Sequence record: DRR723986_1321
Reading direction: 5' to 3' (one strand)
Length of the DNA stretch: 64,000 bases
Shown here: piece after piece, positions 52,040-62,532 of the stretch
Layout of the letters: each line of letters begins with the position of its first letter
How positions within the stretch are numbered: the stretch's first letter is position 1
Made by a program: the position numbers and the translations under genes
Notes under the pieces: generated by a model
The model's database searches: none
Seen by the model: the letters and a program-made list of their open reading frames with translations, nothing else
What the model was told of the DNA's origin: nothing

Positions 52040-53200
52040 CTAGAGGATGGCGCCCCAGTAGCGGTACACCAGCGTCCCCAGGAACGTCCCCAGAGCATAG
52101 CCCAGCACGCCCACCAGCACGCCGGGCGTCACCAGGTTGTGCCAGCCCTTGGTGGCAGCCAGCGCCGGCGCTGTGGTGGCACCGAGCACCGCCGCATTGG
52201 ACGCGGTAATCAACTCCGGCAGGCTGAGACCCAGCAGGGACCCAAGGCCGAAGGTAATGACCGCGTGCACCGTGAGCAGGATCAGCACCAGGGCAATCAA
52301 CAGCGGCGCTACCTCGAGCATGGCAATGATATCGGCACCCGCCGCGATCGCCGCAAAAAATACGAAAGACAGGGCCACGCCCAGTTCGAAGCTGCCGGAT
52401 AACTGGCGCGCCATACCCGGCGCGAGGGTGGCAAAGGCCAGGGCCAGCGCGGTGATCACCACGTACCGCCACCCCTCCAGGCCCAGCCAGGCGACCAGGG
52501 CATCGCCTCCGGCGACAATCCCCATCGCAACCGCCAGCGACAGGCACAGGGACATGGCACTAATGGCCGGACCACCTATCTCGACAGTGACCTCGCCATC
52601 CTCGTAGCGGGCAAAGCGGCGTGCCAGCCAGGCCCAGCCGGGCATCAAGGCAAGCATGCCCAGGTAGACTGCGCTGAACAGATTGTCGGCGGCGGTGGCG
52701 GCGGAAAAGAACGAGGCATCCTCCTTGAGCCCGGTCACCTCCCCCAGGGCGGCGTAATTGACCGAGCCACCGATGTAGGTGGAAGCGAACAGACCGGCGA
52801 TAGCGGGCTCGCGCTGCGCCGCATCCAGCGGTGCCGCGGCGCCCAGGGCGCCCAGGTCGAGTACCAGGGCAGCCACGGTCACCCCGGCAATGGTGCCGAC
52901 TGCAGCGAGGAGGAAAGCCATGGTGGTGCGGGTGGCCTCGAACAGTATCCGGCGCAGGTCGGCCTTGAACAGGAACAGGGGTATCAGCACCGGCACTACG
53001 TAGCCGAATACGAAACCGTAAGCCGGCGCATCGTGGGGTATCAGCCCCAGGTTGGCCGCCACGATCGCACCGAGGATAGCGATCACCGCGCCGGTCAGGT
53101 TGGCACCGAGGCGGGTCCGCTCCAGCAGGAAGGCAACCCCGGCTATCGCAAACAGCGCCGCCATGACCGCCATGTGGCTGTCTGCTGGAATCAGTGACAT
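52040..53200 (-). CDS. DUF819-family multi-pass membrane protein
   Basis: About 10 TM helices, TYIGGSVNY, ASNAAVLG, GVLGYALG. Confidence 0.75.
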   Translation of the reverse strand: MSLIPADSHMAVMAALFAIAGVAFLLERTRLGANLTGAVIAILGAIVAANLGLIPHDAPAYGFVFGYVVPVLIPLFLFKADLRRILFEATRTTMAFLLAAVGTIAGVTVAALVLDLGALGAAAPLDAAQREPAIAGLFASTYIGGSVNYAALGEVTGLKEDASFFSAATAADNLFSAVYLGMLALMPGWAWLARRFARYEDGEVTVEIGGPAISAMSLCLSLAVAMGIVAGGDALVAWLGLEGWRYVVITALALAFATLAPGMARQLSGSFELGVALSFVFFAAIAAGADIIAMLEVAPLLIALVLILLTVHAVITFGLGSLLGLSLPELITASNAAVLGATTAPALAATKGWHNLVTPGVLVGVLGYALGTFLGTLVYRYWGAIL

Positions 53201-53327
53201 CAATGCCCTCGGTACAGGTCTTGTTATTGGCTATATCAATCCGGACTATAAGTGCACAACGCTTAAGCTTCCAGCTGAAACCTGCTAAGTTTGCGCACCG
53301 TTTTCATCGAACCAGGACAGCAACGTC

Positions 53328-54506
53328 ATGACCAGCAGCTTTTATCCGCCACAGCGCATCCTGATGGGACCCGGCCCTTCCGATGTCTCGCCGCGCGTGC
53401 TGGGCGCCCTCGCCCGGCCGACAATCGGCCACCTCGACCCGCTGTTTGTCGAGCTGATGAACGAGATCAAGAGCCTGCTGCAATATGCCTTCCAGACCGA
53501 GAACGCACTGACCCTTCCCATCTCCGCACCGGGTTCCGCAGGTATGGAAGCCTGCTTCGTCAATCTGGTGTCCCCGGGCGATACGGTGATTGTCTGCCAG
53601 AACGGCGTGTTCGGCGGACGGATGAAAGAGAACGTCGAGCGCTGCGGCGCTAAAGCCGTGATGGTGCAGGACCGCTGGGGCGACCCGGTTGATCCGGACA
53701 AAGTCGCCGCTGCCTTTCGCGAGCACCCGGAAGCCACCACCCTGGCCTTTGTCCACGCAGAGACCTCTACCGGGGTGCGCAGTGATGCCGAGACCCTGTG
53801 CGGCATCGCCCGGCAACACGGGGCGTTGAGCATCGTGGATGCGGTGACCTCGCTGGGCGGCATCGACCTGCAGGTGGATGCCTGGGGTGCAGATGCGGTG
53901 TATTCCGGCAGCCAGAAGTGCCTGTCCTGCGTGCCAGGTATCTCCCCGGTAAGCTTTAGCCCGCGCGCCGTCGAGAGGATTTCGGCGAGAACCACCAGGG
54001 TCCAGAGCTGGTTCCTCGATATGCAGCTGGTAATGGGCTACTGGGGCGGCGAGAGCAAACGGGCCTATCACCACACCGCACCGGTCAATGACCTGTATGC
54101 CCTGCACGAATCGCTGGTGATGCTCCAGGAGGAAGGCCTCGCCAAGTCCTTCGCTCGCCACCGTTCCAACCACGAGGCACTGGTCGCCGGACTTGAGGCC
54201 ATGGGCCTGGCCATGGCCGTTGCGCCGGAATACCGCCTGCCGCAGTTGAACTCGGTACTGATCCCGGAAGGTGTCGACGATGCGGCCGTGCGCAGCGCCC
54301 TGCTCGGGGAATACAGCCTGGAAATCGGCGCCGGCCTGGGTGAACTGGCAGGTAAAACCTGGCGCATCGGCCTGATGGGTTATGCCAGCAATGCGCGCAA
54401 TGTGATCACCTGCCTGACCGCCCTGGAAGCCGTGTTACAGCGCCAGGGCCACACCCTGCCCGCCGGCGCCGGCCTAGCCGCCGCCAAATCGCGTCTGGCC
54501 GCCTGA
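53328..54506 (+). CDS. Alanine--glyoxylate/serine--pyruvate aminotransferase (class V PLP)
   Basis: LMGPGPS, HAETSTG, DAVTSLGG, SGSQKCL, YHHTAP, WRIGLMG. Confidence 0.9.
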   Translation: MTSSFYPPQRILMGPGPSDVSPRVLGALARPTIGHLDPLFVELMNEIKSLLQYAFQTENALTLPISAPGSAGMEACFVNLVSPGDTVIVCQNGVFGGRMKENVERCGAKAVMVQDRWGDPVDPDKVAAAFREHPEATTLAFVHAETSTGVRSDAETLCGIARQHGALSIVDAVTSLGGIDLQVDAWGADAVYSGSQKCLSCVPGISPVSFSPRAVERISARTTRVQSWFLDMQLVMGYWGGESKRAYHHTAPVNDLYALHESLVMLQEEGLAKSFARHRSNHEALVAGLEAMGLAMAVAPEYRLPQLNSVLIPEGVDDAAVRSALLGEYSLEIGAGLGELAGKTWRIGLMGYASNARNVITCLTALEAVLQRQGHTLPAGAGLAAAKSRLAA

Positions 54507-55511
54507 ATCGGCACTGCCGGCGATCATCGCCCATAGCACCCCCACCGCGGCGCCGCCCGCGTCGCGGTCGGTGGTGTAGCCAACATGATCAGCCGGACCG
54601 GCGTCCGGTGACAGCTCGATACTCCACAGGCCGCGCACCTGGTTCGGCAACAGCGAATAGCGAATGTCGATGATGCGATTCGGCCGCTCAGGGTCCTGCG
54701 CCAGGTAACCGTTACTGAACCAGCGGAAGCGCTCCACATCCCGCGCCTGCTGGGTATCGTTATCCAGCCAGGGAAAATCCCGCTCCAGATCCAGCGCCGC
54801 AACCTGTTCGCCCTCGTAGACCCGGGGCTCTAACCCCACGCGTACAGCATCCACGTGATAGCTGTCCGCCGCCAGATAGACGATCTTCCACACCAGGATA
54901 TTGGCGAAGCTGGGCTTGGCCTCCAGGCTGGTCGGCGCATGGCCACGGCTGGCCGCCAACTCATAGCCGGCAGCAACAGCCCGGTCACGTTGCACCAATC
55001 CCAGGGTCAGATAGGCAAACACCCAGACCAGCGCGAGCCGGGCAAACTGCGGCTGCCGGCGCGCGGCCGCCAGCACCACCAGGGCGAGCAACGGCAGGGT
55101 GAACAGCGGATCAATGACCGAGACCGTGTTCCAGGCAATGCGGGCCTCACTGAAGGGCCAGAACAGCATGGTGCCGTAGGTGGTGCAGGCATCGAGCAGC
55201 GCGTGGGTCGCATAACCCAGGGTACAGAACAGGTAACTGCGGCGAAAACTCAGCTGCCGGCGCCGACCGAGCAGGCCGTGCAGAACCAGGGCGCAGAGCA
55301 GCCCGCCAAGCGGGATAAACACCAGTGCGTGGGTGAACTGGCGATGGTATTCGAGGAACAGCAAGGGGTCCTCGCTGGAGCGGATGAGGACGTCGAGATC
55401 CGGGGCCATGCCTGCCAGGAAGCCCAATAGCCCGGCGCTGACCGCATCGCGCCGGCGCGCGGTGGCCTGGGGAAAAGCGGCGCCGAGCGCGCCCTGAGTC
55501 AACGGATCCAC
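54474..55511 (-). CDS. Membrane metal-dependent hydrolase (YdjM/YfhP-like)
   Basis: MDPLTQ, PDLD, HRQFTHAL, THALLDACTTYG. Confidence 0.82.
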   Translation of the reverse strand: MDPLTQGALGAAFPQATARRRDAVSAGLLGFLAGMAPDLDVLIRSSEDPLLFLEYHRQFTHALVFIPLGGLLCALVLHGLLGRRRQLSFRRSYLFCTLGYATHALLDACTTYGTMLFWPFSEARIAWNTVSVIDPLFTLPLLALVVLAAARRQPQFARLALVWVFAYLTLGLVQRDRAVAAGYELAASRGHAPTSLEAKPSFANILVWKIVYLAADSYHVDAVRVGLEPRVYEGEQVAALDLERDFPWLDNDTQQARDVERFRWFSNGYLAQDPERPNRIIDIRYSLLPNQVRGLWSIELSPDAGPADHVGYTTDRDAGGAAVGVLWAMIAGSADSGGQTRFGGG

Positions 55512-55659
55512 GGTTATCTGGTGCTCCAGTCATGCCGGCTGAGGCCTCCGGCTACGCAGGCGCCTGGCGTTTGGCCTGGCCCGCCGAAAAAATGCAGCAA
55601 TGCCAAAATCTTACTGTACAACAGGGCTCGCAGGGGAAATAGTACCCAAAGCAAACACT

Positions 55660-55686
55660 GAACCCCGCCGCGGTCCAGCGGTCAAA
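55660..55686 (+). promoter_or_regulatory. Putative sigmaE/AlgU-type promoter of the OmpA lipoprotein gene
   Basis: GAACCC-16 nt-TCAAA versus consensus GAACTT-N16/17-TCAAA. Confidence 0.4.
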
Positions 55687-55730
55687 TCGGGGACAGGAGC
55701 GCCGTTAACGGCCCGGACAAGGAGAGTGAC

Positions 55731-56372
55731 ATGCAACTGAGAACACCCGTCATGCTGGCTTGCTTGCTGGCTATCACCGCCTGCACGACCAACCCGTATA
55801 CCGGCGAACAGCAGGCCAGCAAGGCCGCCACCTACGGCGCGGGCGCTGCAGCCGTCTGCGGCCTGGTCGGCGCCATCGAGTCCGGCAAACACGCACGCAA
55901 TGCCGCACTGGGCTGCGGCATCGTCGGCGCCGGGGTCGGCGCCTACATGGATGTGCAGGAAGCCAAGCTCAGGGAGCAACTGCAGGGCACCGGTGTCAGT
56001 GTTATCCGCGAGGGCGACAACATCCGCCTGGTGATGCCCGGCAATATCACCTTCCAGACCGACTCCTATAACCTGCGCAGTGATTTCTATCCGGTACTTA
56101 ATTCGGTCGGCGAGGTTCTGGCGAAGTATGCGGACACCACCATCCGCCTGACCGGTCACACGGATAACACGGGCAGCCGTCAGTACAACCAGACCCTGTC
56201 GGAAAAGCGCGCGGCCAGCGTGTCCGACTACCTGATAACCCGCAACGTGGCCCGCCAGCGAATGCTGGTACAGGGCATGTCCTTCGAGCAGCCTATAGCC
56301 GACAACGGGACCGTGGAAGGACGGGCCCAGAACCGCCGGGTGGAACTGTACATCCTGCCCAAGAGCCCTTGA
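55731..56372 (+). CDS. YiaD-like OmpA-family lipoprotein with glycine zipper
   Basis: Lipobox ITA-C, CTTNPYTGE, GAYMDVQE, GHTD, NRRVE. AGGAG RBS. Confidence 0.88.
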   Translation: MQLRTPVMLACLLAITACTTNPYTGEQQASKAATYGAGAAAVCGLVGAIESGKHARNAALGCGIVGAGVGAYMDVQEAKLREQLQGTGVSVIREGDNIRLVMPGNITFQTDSYNLRSDFYPVLNSVGEVLAKYADTTIRLTGHTDNTGSRQYNQTLSEKRAASVSDYLITRNVARQRMLVQGMSFEQPIADNGTVEGRAQNRRVELYILPKSP

Positions 56373-56378
56373 GCCGGC

Positions 56379-59300
56379 TCAGTCGATATCGAAGCTGTAA
56401 TAGATATCGGCCGAGTTCTCCAGCCGGCTGACGACTTCCAGCCAGAGGCGCGCCTGTAGATACAGGCGCGCCGTGAGCACGTTGATCGGTTCATAGATAC
56501 CGACCCCGTAAGAGATATAGACCCGCTCACCGATGTAGCCGCTGACTGTCGCCGCGGTGTCATCCTCCGACCCCTCAGCCCCAAACTCTACATTACTCAA
56601 GCCCGGCAGTCGGTTGATCCCGGTCACTACCCCGGACTGGTTGAGAACGCCGGCTCCCAGGGACAGGGCCATGGCAGTCCCGTCGGCACCGGCACCGGTA
56701 TCCGGCCCCCTGCCCCGCATCAGCCAGGACAGCGCCGCGGTCTGCGGCATGGCGGGGTCTGAGTAAATCTCCAGTACCGGTTGTTCCAGGGTGCCGGTCA
56801 TCGCCACGCCGACCCGAATCCGCTCGAGCGGAATATCTCGCCCCGCGCGCAGGTTCAGTTCCGGATTGTCGACATCGCCGGTAAAGCCGATCGTGCCCTG
56901 CTTTACCTCCAGGCGCTGGCCGTAGGCCCGCACTTCGCCGCCGATCACATTCAGGTTGCCAAACAATTGCATGGGCTGCCGCGGCTCCTGCTGCAGGCGC
57001 AGATCACCACCGACGGTGACGTCGATAGCGGCGCCGACCACCCTGAATTTGTCGAGAATCCGCACCCGGACATCGGTGCGTGTGGCAAAGGGCGACTCGC
57101 GGCTAAGCGCATTACCTGCGTAGTCCACCTCCACAATATCCGCCGACACCGAGACGCTGCCCTCAGGCAGACGTTCATGTTCCAGGCGCCCGTCGTGCAC
57201 GGTGACATTGCCCGACAGGTCGATCAGCTCGAGCTTGGCCACCAGCTTGAAGTCGGTCGATACCTGCAATTCGCTGTAAGACTGAATCTGCAGGCGGTTG
57301 CGGTCACCGCGCAAGTTCAGGGTGATCTCCGGCTCCGGACGCAGGACCGCGCTGCCGTCGATGGCGAGTTCGCCACCACCGAGTCTTCCGCTACCGCTGA
57401 AGTCGGCGGCATCGCCGCGCAACAGCAGATCCGCGGTAACCGCGGACAATTCATTGGGATCGCCGGACAGACCCAGCTTGCCATCGGCCAACCGTAACTT
57501 ACCGCGAACCAGCGGATTAGCGAGGCTGCCACCGAGAGCGACGGCACCGCTCAGGGTGCCTTCCAGAGTCGACAGCTGGCTGGCGAAGGAGGCCAGCGGC
57601 GCCAGTCGGAAATCCTCCAGCACCAGTTCGCCCTCGAGCTCGCTTGCCGCTCCCGGCGGCAAGTTCAGCGACAGGCCGGCGATCGTGACGGCATCGCGTC
57701 GCAGAGCGGCCTGTACGGCGATCCCCGCAGCGCTCGAGCTTAGCTCGAAGCTGCCATCATCGACCTCGTAGACCGCGCTCTCGCCCTGTCCCAGTGCCTG
57801 TTCCAATCGCAGCCCGTCAAGTTCTGCCAGCACCGTCACCTGCGCAGCCTGATCGGGATTCCAGGCCGCCGCCAGGGTCGCGGACAGCGCGCCGCTGAGC
57901 GAGTAATCCGCTGCGGCTATGGCGTTGAGCAGTTGCAGGTCTCCCCGGAACCTGGCCCTGACATCTCCGGTCTCACCCACTACCGCCGGTTCGAGGCACA
58001 GCTGACCCTCACCCGACAGCCAGCAATGAGCTGCGACGGAAAGCGCCTTTTCTGCGGTCGAGAAGACCATGGCAACCGGCTCACTGACCCGCCAGGCACC
58101 AAACGGCGTGCTGACTTCCGCCAGCTCCAGTTCGCCGGTCCAGCCCGGGTCGAGCGACTTTCCACCAAGCTTCAGCTCGCCTGCCAGGTCACCATTGGAG
58201 CGCAACGCCGCCTGCTGGCTGAACCGGTCACCGGCGATCCATAAGCTGGCGGTATCTGGTCGCAAGTCACCAACTGCAATACCCTCACCAGTCACAGTCA
58301 GCTCAAAGGGCATCGAGCCCCCGGTGGCGAGCCTGCCATCCAGATTGACATGCGCGGCGCTCACCGGGCCGAAGGCCAGACCCTGGGCACTGCCGCTGGC
58401 GGTGTACTCGCCAGCTACCGTCGCCTCCCTGAACTGCAGGTTCGCCCTGCCCCGGCTGCCCACTTCCCAGCGCCCGACGTCATCGATCTCCAGGTCCAGC
58501 GAGCCCGGTGTCCCGGGCTGCTTGTCCAGGGCCAGCCTGGCCCCGTTGACGTCTGCCGCCAGCCTGCCCCTGACCAGCCAGCGCTCGCTATCCAGGACCA
58601 TGTCGCCACTGAGTTCCGCCGGCAAGTCATTGATCGTTCCCTGCAGCCTGGCCGCCGCCAGCTCGGTGGTCCATCGCGATTCGGAAACAGACCCTTGCAG
58701 GGAGAAAGACCCGGCGAGGCGACCGAACAGGTAAGGCGTTACTTGCGGCAGCAGCAGCCCGCTGGACTGCACGTCGACCAGCCAGGATAGCTGCCCCCCA
58801 TAATTCAGCGTGCCTGCCGCGTGCAGCTGGCTATCGCTGCCCGCGTCTGCCAGCGCCAGTTGCTCGATCTGCACAGTGCCATCGCGGTGAATCCCGGTGA
58901 AGCGAAACTCCGCATTGGCGTAGTTGTAGCCACTACCGGCAAGGCTTGCGACCAGCTGCTGCTGCTGCAGGTCACCGCGGGTACTGAAGCGCAGGGGCGA
59001 CTGCAGAGCGAGCCCGGAATTTGGCGACAGCGGGGCCAGCACGTCGGGAAATGGCAGCGTCCCGGTCCACGACAGCTCGCCGCTGAGCGTGAACGGTAAT
59101 TCCGGTGCCAGCGTGTCGATCGACCCGTCCAGGGCAAGTATTTCCGCTCCCTCGGCAATGACCTCCAGCGCCAGTGCCGCCAGGTCTCCCGAGGCATGGG
59201 CACGCAGGGCGCGGCCGTGCAACCACGGCGGAAGATCGTCAGATGCGGGCACCTGGCCTTCAAGACGCGCATCCACGGGCCAGTCATCGCGGAATCGTAA

Positions 59301-60053
59301 CTCCCCGTCCAGGGCCAGGGCTCCAAGAAGGTCAGACACTAGTGACAGCTCTTCGATACGCAGCCCATAGCCGCGCCAGCGCGCGCTCAGGGCCAGCTGG
59401 TCCAGCGCATACTCCTGGCCCTCGAGCTGCAGGCGGCCGGTCTCCCATTGGGCATCATCCAGCAACAGGCGCAGCGGCAGGCGGATCTCGGGCAAGACGA
59501 TCCGGGCATCATCGACAGCGCCCTCCTCGTCCTCGTCTACCACCAGGCCCACATCCCCGATTCGCAACCCGGACAGGCTGATCCGCGAGCCGCCGGCACT
59601 GAGGCTGGCCGTGTGTTGCCGGCTGCGCCAACTACCGCCGGGCCAGCTCACATCAATCGACTCGATCGCCAGCGCATCCGCGACGATACGCACCGGCAGG
59701 GTCAGCTGCTCATCGGAAGGCGCCGCAGCGTCGTCATCGCCGGTGTCGCTGATCGCCAGTGACAGTGTGCCCAGGCGCAATTCATCGAGACAGATAATGC
59801 TGCGCCACAGGCAGTCGGTGCGGGCCCTGGCCGACAGATCCTGCAGGCTCAGGGTGATACCGTCGGCGTCGTAGACCACCGAGTCGAGCCCCAGCTCGCC
59901 CAGCAGGGCTCCGGACCGGTACTGGATCGTAACCGGCAGCACCCGCTCCGCCAGGCCGAGCAGCAGACGGGTACCCGCAGCGGAAAACGGCAGGACCAGG
60001 GAGGCCAGCAGGACTACCATCAGGGCGAGGCTGGACCAGCGCAGGATGCGCAT
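56379..60053 (-). CDS. tamB: Translocation and assembly module TamB
   Basis: N-terminal anchor, long beta-rich body, C-terminal DUF490 features (AYGQRL, YGVGIY, DIYYSF). Coupled to tamA. Confidence 0.88.
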   Translation of the reverse strand: MRILRWSSLALMVVLLASLVLPFSAAGTRLLLGLAERVLPVTIQYRSGALLGELGLDSVVYDADGITLSLQDLSARARTDCLWRSIICLDELRLGTLSLAISDTGDDDAAAPSDEQLTLPVRIVADALAIESIDVSWPGGSWRSRQHTASLSAGGSRISLSGLRIGDVGLVVDEDEEGAVDDARIVLPEIRLPLRLLLDDAQWETGRLQLEGQEYALDQLALSARWRGYGLRIEELSLVSDLLGALALDGELRFRDDWPVDARLEGQVPASDDLPPWLHGRALRAHASGDLAALALEVIAEGAEILALDGSIDTLAPELPFTLSGELSWTGTLPFPDVLAPLSPNSGLALQSPLRFSTRGDLQQQQLVASLAGSGYNYANAEFRFTGIHRDGTVQIEQLALADAGSDSQLHAAGTLNYGGQLSWLVDVQSSGLLLPQVTPYLFGRLAGSFSLQGSVSESRWTTELAAARLQGTINDLPAELSGDMVLDSERWLVRGRLAADVNGARLALDKQPGTPGSLDLEIDDVGRWEVGSRGRANLQFREATVAGEYTASGSAQGLAFGPVSAAHVNLDGRLATGGSMPFELTVTGEGIAVGDLRPDTASLWIAGDRFSQQAALRSNGDLAGELKLGGKSLDPGWTGELELAEVSTPFGAWRVSEPVAMVFSTAEKALSVAAHCWLSGEGQLCLEPAVVGETGDVRARFRGDLQLLNAIAAADYSLSGALSATLAAAWNPDQAAQVTVLAELDGLRLEQALGQGESAVYEVDDGSFELSSSAAGIAVQAALRRDAVTIAGLSLNLPPGAASELEGELVLEDFRLAPLASFASQLSTLEGTLSGAVALGGSLANPLVRGKLRLADGKLGLSGDPNELSAVTADLLLRGDAADFSGSGRLGGGELAIDGSAVLRPEPEITLNLRGDRNRLQIQSYSELQVSTDFKLVAKLELIDLSGNVTVHDGRLEHERLPEGSVSVSADIVEVDYAGNALSRESPFATRTDVRVRILDKFRVVGAAIDVTVGGDLRLQQEPRQPMQLFGNLNVIGGEVRAYGQRLEVKQGTIGFTGDVDNPELNLRAGRDIPLERIRVGVAMTGTLEQPVLEIYSDPAMPQTAALSWLMRGRGPDTGAGADGTAMALSLGAGVLNQSGVVTGINRLPGLSNVEFGAEGSEDDTAATVSGYIGERVYISYGVGIYEPINVLTARLYLQARLWLEVVSRLENSADIYYSFDID

Positions 60054-61801
60054 CAGAATTCCGCCCCGATATTGATGTGTACCCGCCAGTCCGGCTGGTC
60101 CTTGCTCAGCGCGCGCGCCAACTCCAGCTTTATCGCCCCGACCGGAGTGCGGTAATGAATACCGGCACCGGCAGCATAGTTGAGGTCGAACGCGCCCTCG
60201 TCAAAGGCGTCACCGGCATCGGTAAACACCGCGACACGCCACTGTTCGTTGATGCTGTACTGATACTCCACACTGGCCGTGACCAGGTGCGTGCCGCCGA
60301 TCACCAGGCTGCGCGTTTCGCCACCGGCGTCGGTGACCTCCACCTCGTTGCCGATCGACTGATAGGCAAAACCACGCAAGCTGTTGGAGCCGCCAGCAAA
60401 GAAACTCAGGGAGGGCGCCAGCTGCTCGCGATCACCTTCATCAAGCACAATAGCGCCCAGCTCATTGCGCAATACCAGGCGGTGACGCTCGGCGAGCGTC
60501 TGCACGTAAACGAAGTTCGCGCTGGCGCGGACAAGGTCCAGGTCGGAACCGGCCTGGATGGTGCCAGCCTCTAAACTGTACAGCTGACTGAATCCCGCAC
60601 TCGGATCGACCAGAGCCCCGCGCCGCCACTTACGCGACAAGGTCAGCCCGGGCAGCACATAATCGTTATCAAGGCTGAGCGGACCGACATCCCACTTCTC
60701 GTTGAGCGCCCGCAGGGAAAAGCCGCGGATCCAGGTATCGCCGGTTATCTCCCGCCGCATACCCAGCTCCCGCTGGTAACTCTCAATATCACCGAACTCG
60801 TCACTCTCCCAACGGGCGCGCAGCTGCAGCACATCATTCAGCGGATGGCTCAGGGGAATCGAATAAGTTACTCGGCCACTGGGGTTGATGGGCGACCACT
60901 GCAGCCGCGTCTCCTGGCTGTGTCCGTAACGGTTGATCCGCGGCGTCCGCCAGGTAAGCGAGACCCGCTCTTCCGTGTCGGTGCTGAAGCCCAGGCCCAC
61001 GTTGAAGGTATGTCTCGGTGCAGGGAGCAGGTCGAGATCAATGGGGATAGCGCCCTGCTCGCGTGCAGCCACATCCGGTCGCACCGTGGCGCCGGAGAAA
61101 AAACCGGTGCGCTGCAGCTGCGACTGGAACAACTGCAGTGAACCCAGGTCGAAGGGATCGCCATCGTCATAGGGCTGCAGCTCGGCCAGCACCTCCTTGT
61201 CGAGGTGCTGCGTGTCATAGTCCAGCCCCCCGAAGACGTAGCGCGGCCCACTGTCATAGCGCAACAGCACATCGGCAGTTCCCGCGCCCGCCTCTACCCG
61301 GATTTCATTGTCCAACAGCTGCCCGTCGAAGTAGCCTCGCCGCTGGGCCAGGGATAACAGGCGGCGCTTGAAGGCCTCGTAGTGCCCGTGGTGCAGTACC
61401 TGGCCGGCTTGTAGCGGGCGCTCCTCCAGCAGCTTCGTGAATGCGGGATCCGTCTGCGCCTCGCCCTCGATGGCAAGAATCACCGACTCCAGGCGGACCG
61501 GCTCTCCGGGCTCGACATCAATGAGCATCTGCCAGGGTGTGACATCCCGATCCAGGTCAATGTCAATCAACGGCCGGTAGTAGCCCAGGGCCTGCAGACC
61601 GCGCTCGACCCGCTGCCGGACATTGACCACAAAGCTGCTGCGCGCCGCCTCCGTCTGCGGCGCGGCGCCGAGGAAGGCGCGGACATTCGCCAGCTGCTCC
61701 CCCTCGAGACCGCTGATCGTGTATTCCAGGGTGGCAGCAATGCCCCGCCCCGGCAGCAGCAATAGTAGCGCCAGCCAGGGAATGAGCGAACGTCGAAACA
61801 C
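60053..61801 (-). CDS. tamA: Translocation and assembly module TamA (Omp85)
   Basis: POTRA motifs ALGYY and RRGYFD, barrel FFAGGSNSLRGF, TPVGAIKLELA, terminal GAEF. Confidence 0.92.
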   Translation of the reverse strand: MFRRSLIPWLALLLLLPGRGIAATLEYTISGLEGEQLANVRAFLGAAPQTEAARSSFVVNVRQRVERGLQALGYYRPLIDIDLDRDVTPWQMLIDVEPGEPVRLESVILAIEGEAQTDPAFTKLLEERPLQAGQVLHHGHYEAFKRRLLSLAQRRGYFDGQLLDNEIRVEAGAGTADVLLRYDSGPRYVFGGLDYDTQHLDKEVLAELQPYDDGDPFDLGSLQLFQSQLQRTGFFSGATVRPDVAAREQGAIPIDLDLLPAPRHTFNVGLGFSTDTEERVSLTWRTPRINRYGHSQETRLQWSPINPSGRVTYSIPLSHPLNDVLQLRARWESDEFGDIESYQRELGMRREITGDTWIRGFSLRALNEKWDVGPLSLDNDYVLPGLTLSRKWRRGALVDPSAGFSQLYSLEAGTIQAGSDLDLVRASANFVYVQTLAERHRLVLRNELGAIVLDEGDREQLAPSLSFFAGGSNSLRGFAYQSIGNEVEVTDAGGETRSLVIGGTHLVTASVEYQYSINEQWRVAVFTDAGDAFDEGAFDLNYAAGAGIHYRTPVGAIKLELARALSKDQPDWRVHINIGAEF

Positions 61802-61812
61802 GCGGTCCAGAA

Positions 61813-62442
61813 TCAGTGGGGCATCCCTGCGCTAGCGCATCCCCAGTAGTTATAGCCGGCGATACGCGGCGTGCTGGGGAGATACATTTGCTCCAGCTTA
61901 TGCAGCTGGAACCCGGCCGTGGTAAGCAGCCCGGGGATATCGCGGTTAAGGTTGCAGCCGCCGGCGATCCGGCGCCAGAGCGGGTTGACCCGGTTTTGCC
62001 AGGTCACCACGCCCGGATCCGGGGCCTTGCCGTGCTCGCAGAACAGCAGCGAGCCACCGGGCTTCAATACCCGGGCCATGCCCGCCAGGGCCTGCGCCGG
62101 ATCGGGGATAGTGCACAAGGCGAAGGTGACGACCACTGTGTCGACGCTGGCCGCCTCCAGGGGTATTTCCTCACCGGGCAGGCCAATGAACTCTACCGGG
62201 ACATCCAGAGCAGCGGCGCGCTCACCGGCCAGTTCCCAGGATTCCTCGGACGGATCCAGCCCGATCACTTTCTCCACCCGCGCGGTGTCGTAGTAAGGCA
62301 GGTTGAGGCCGGTACCGATACCGATTTCCAGCACCACGCCGGAGGCCTGAGGTACGATTTTCTCACGCTGCTTCATAATCGGCTTGCTGCCGCAGGCGCA
62401 GTTGATAAACCGGGGCAGCACATGCCGGTCGTAGAATCCCAT
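61813..62442 (-). CDS. Class I SAM-dependent methyltransferase
   Basis: VLEIGIGTGLN, LCTIPD, RVLKPGG, GGCNLNR. Confidence 0.88.
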   Translation of the reverse strand: MGFYDRHVLPRFINCACGSKPIMKQREKIVPQASGVVLEIGIGTGLNLPYYDTARVEKVIGLDPSEESWELAGERAAALDVPVEFIGLPGEEIPLEAASVDTVVVTFALCTIPDPAQALAGMARVLKPGGSLLFCEHGKAPDPGVVTWQNRVNPLWRRIAGGCNLNRDIPGLLTTAGFQLHKLEQMYLPSTPRIAGYNYWGCASAGMPH

Positions 62443-62532
62443 GACATTGGTTCTCCGAGGAACGAAAGCCTATTATACCCGCAGGCAAAGCTGCGTTATA
62501 TCGCAAAAATCCCGTAAACAAGGAAGCAAACC

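Noticed and set aside
55612-55626. Possible LexA box (CTGTACAACAG) upstream of the YdjM-like hydrolase
   Set aside because: The spacer is 3 nt rather than the 8 nt of CTGT-N8-ACAG.
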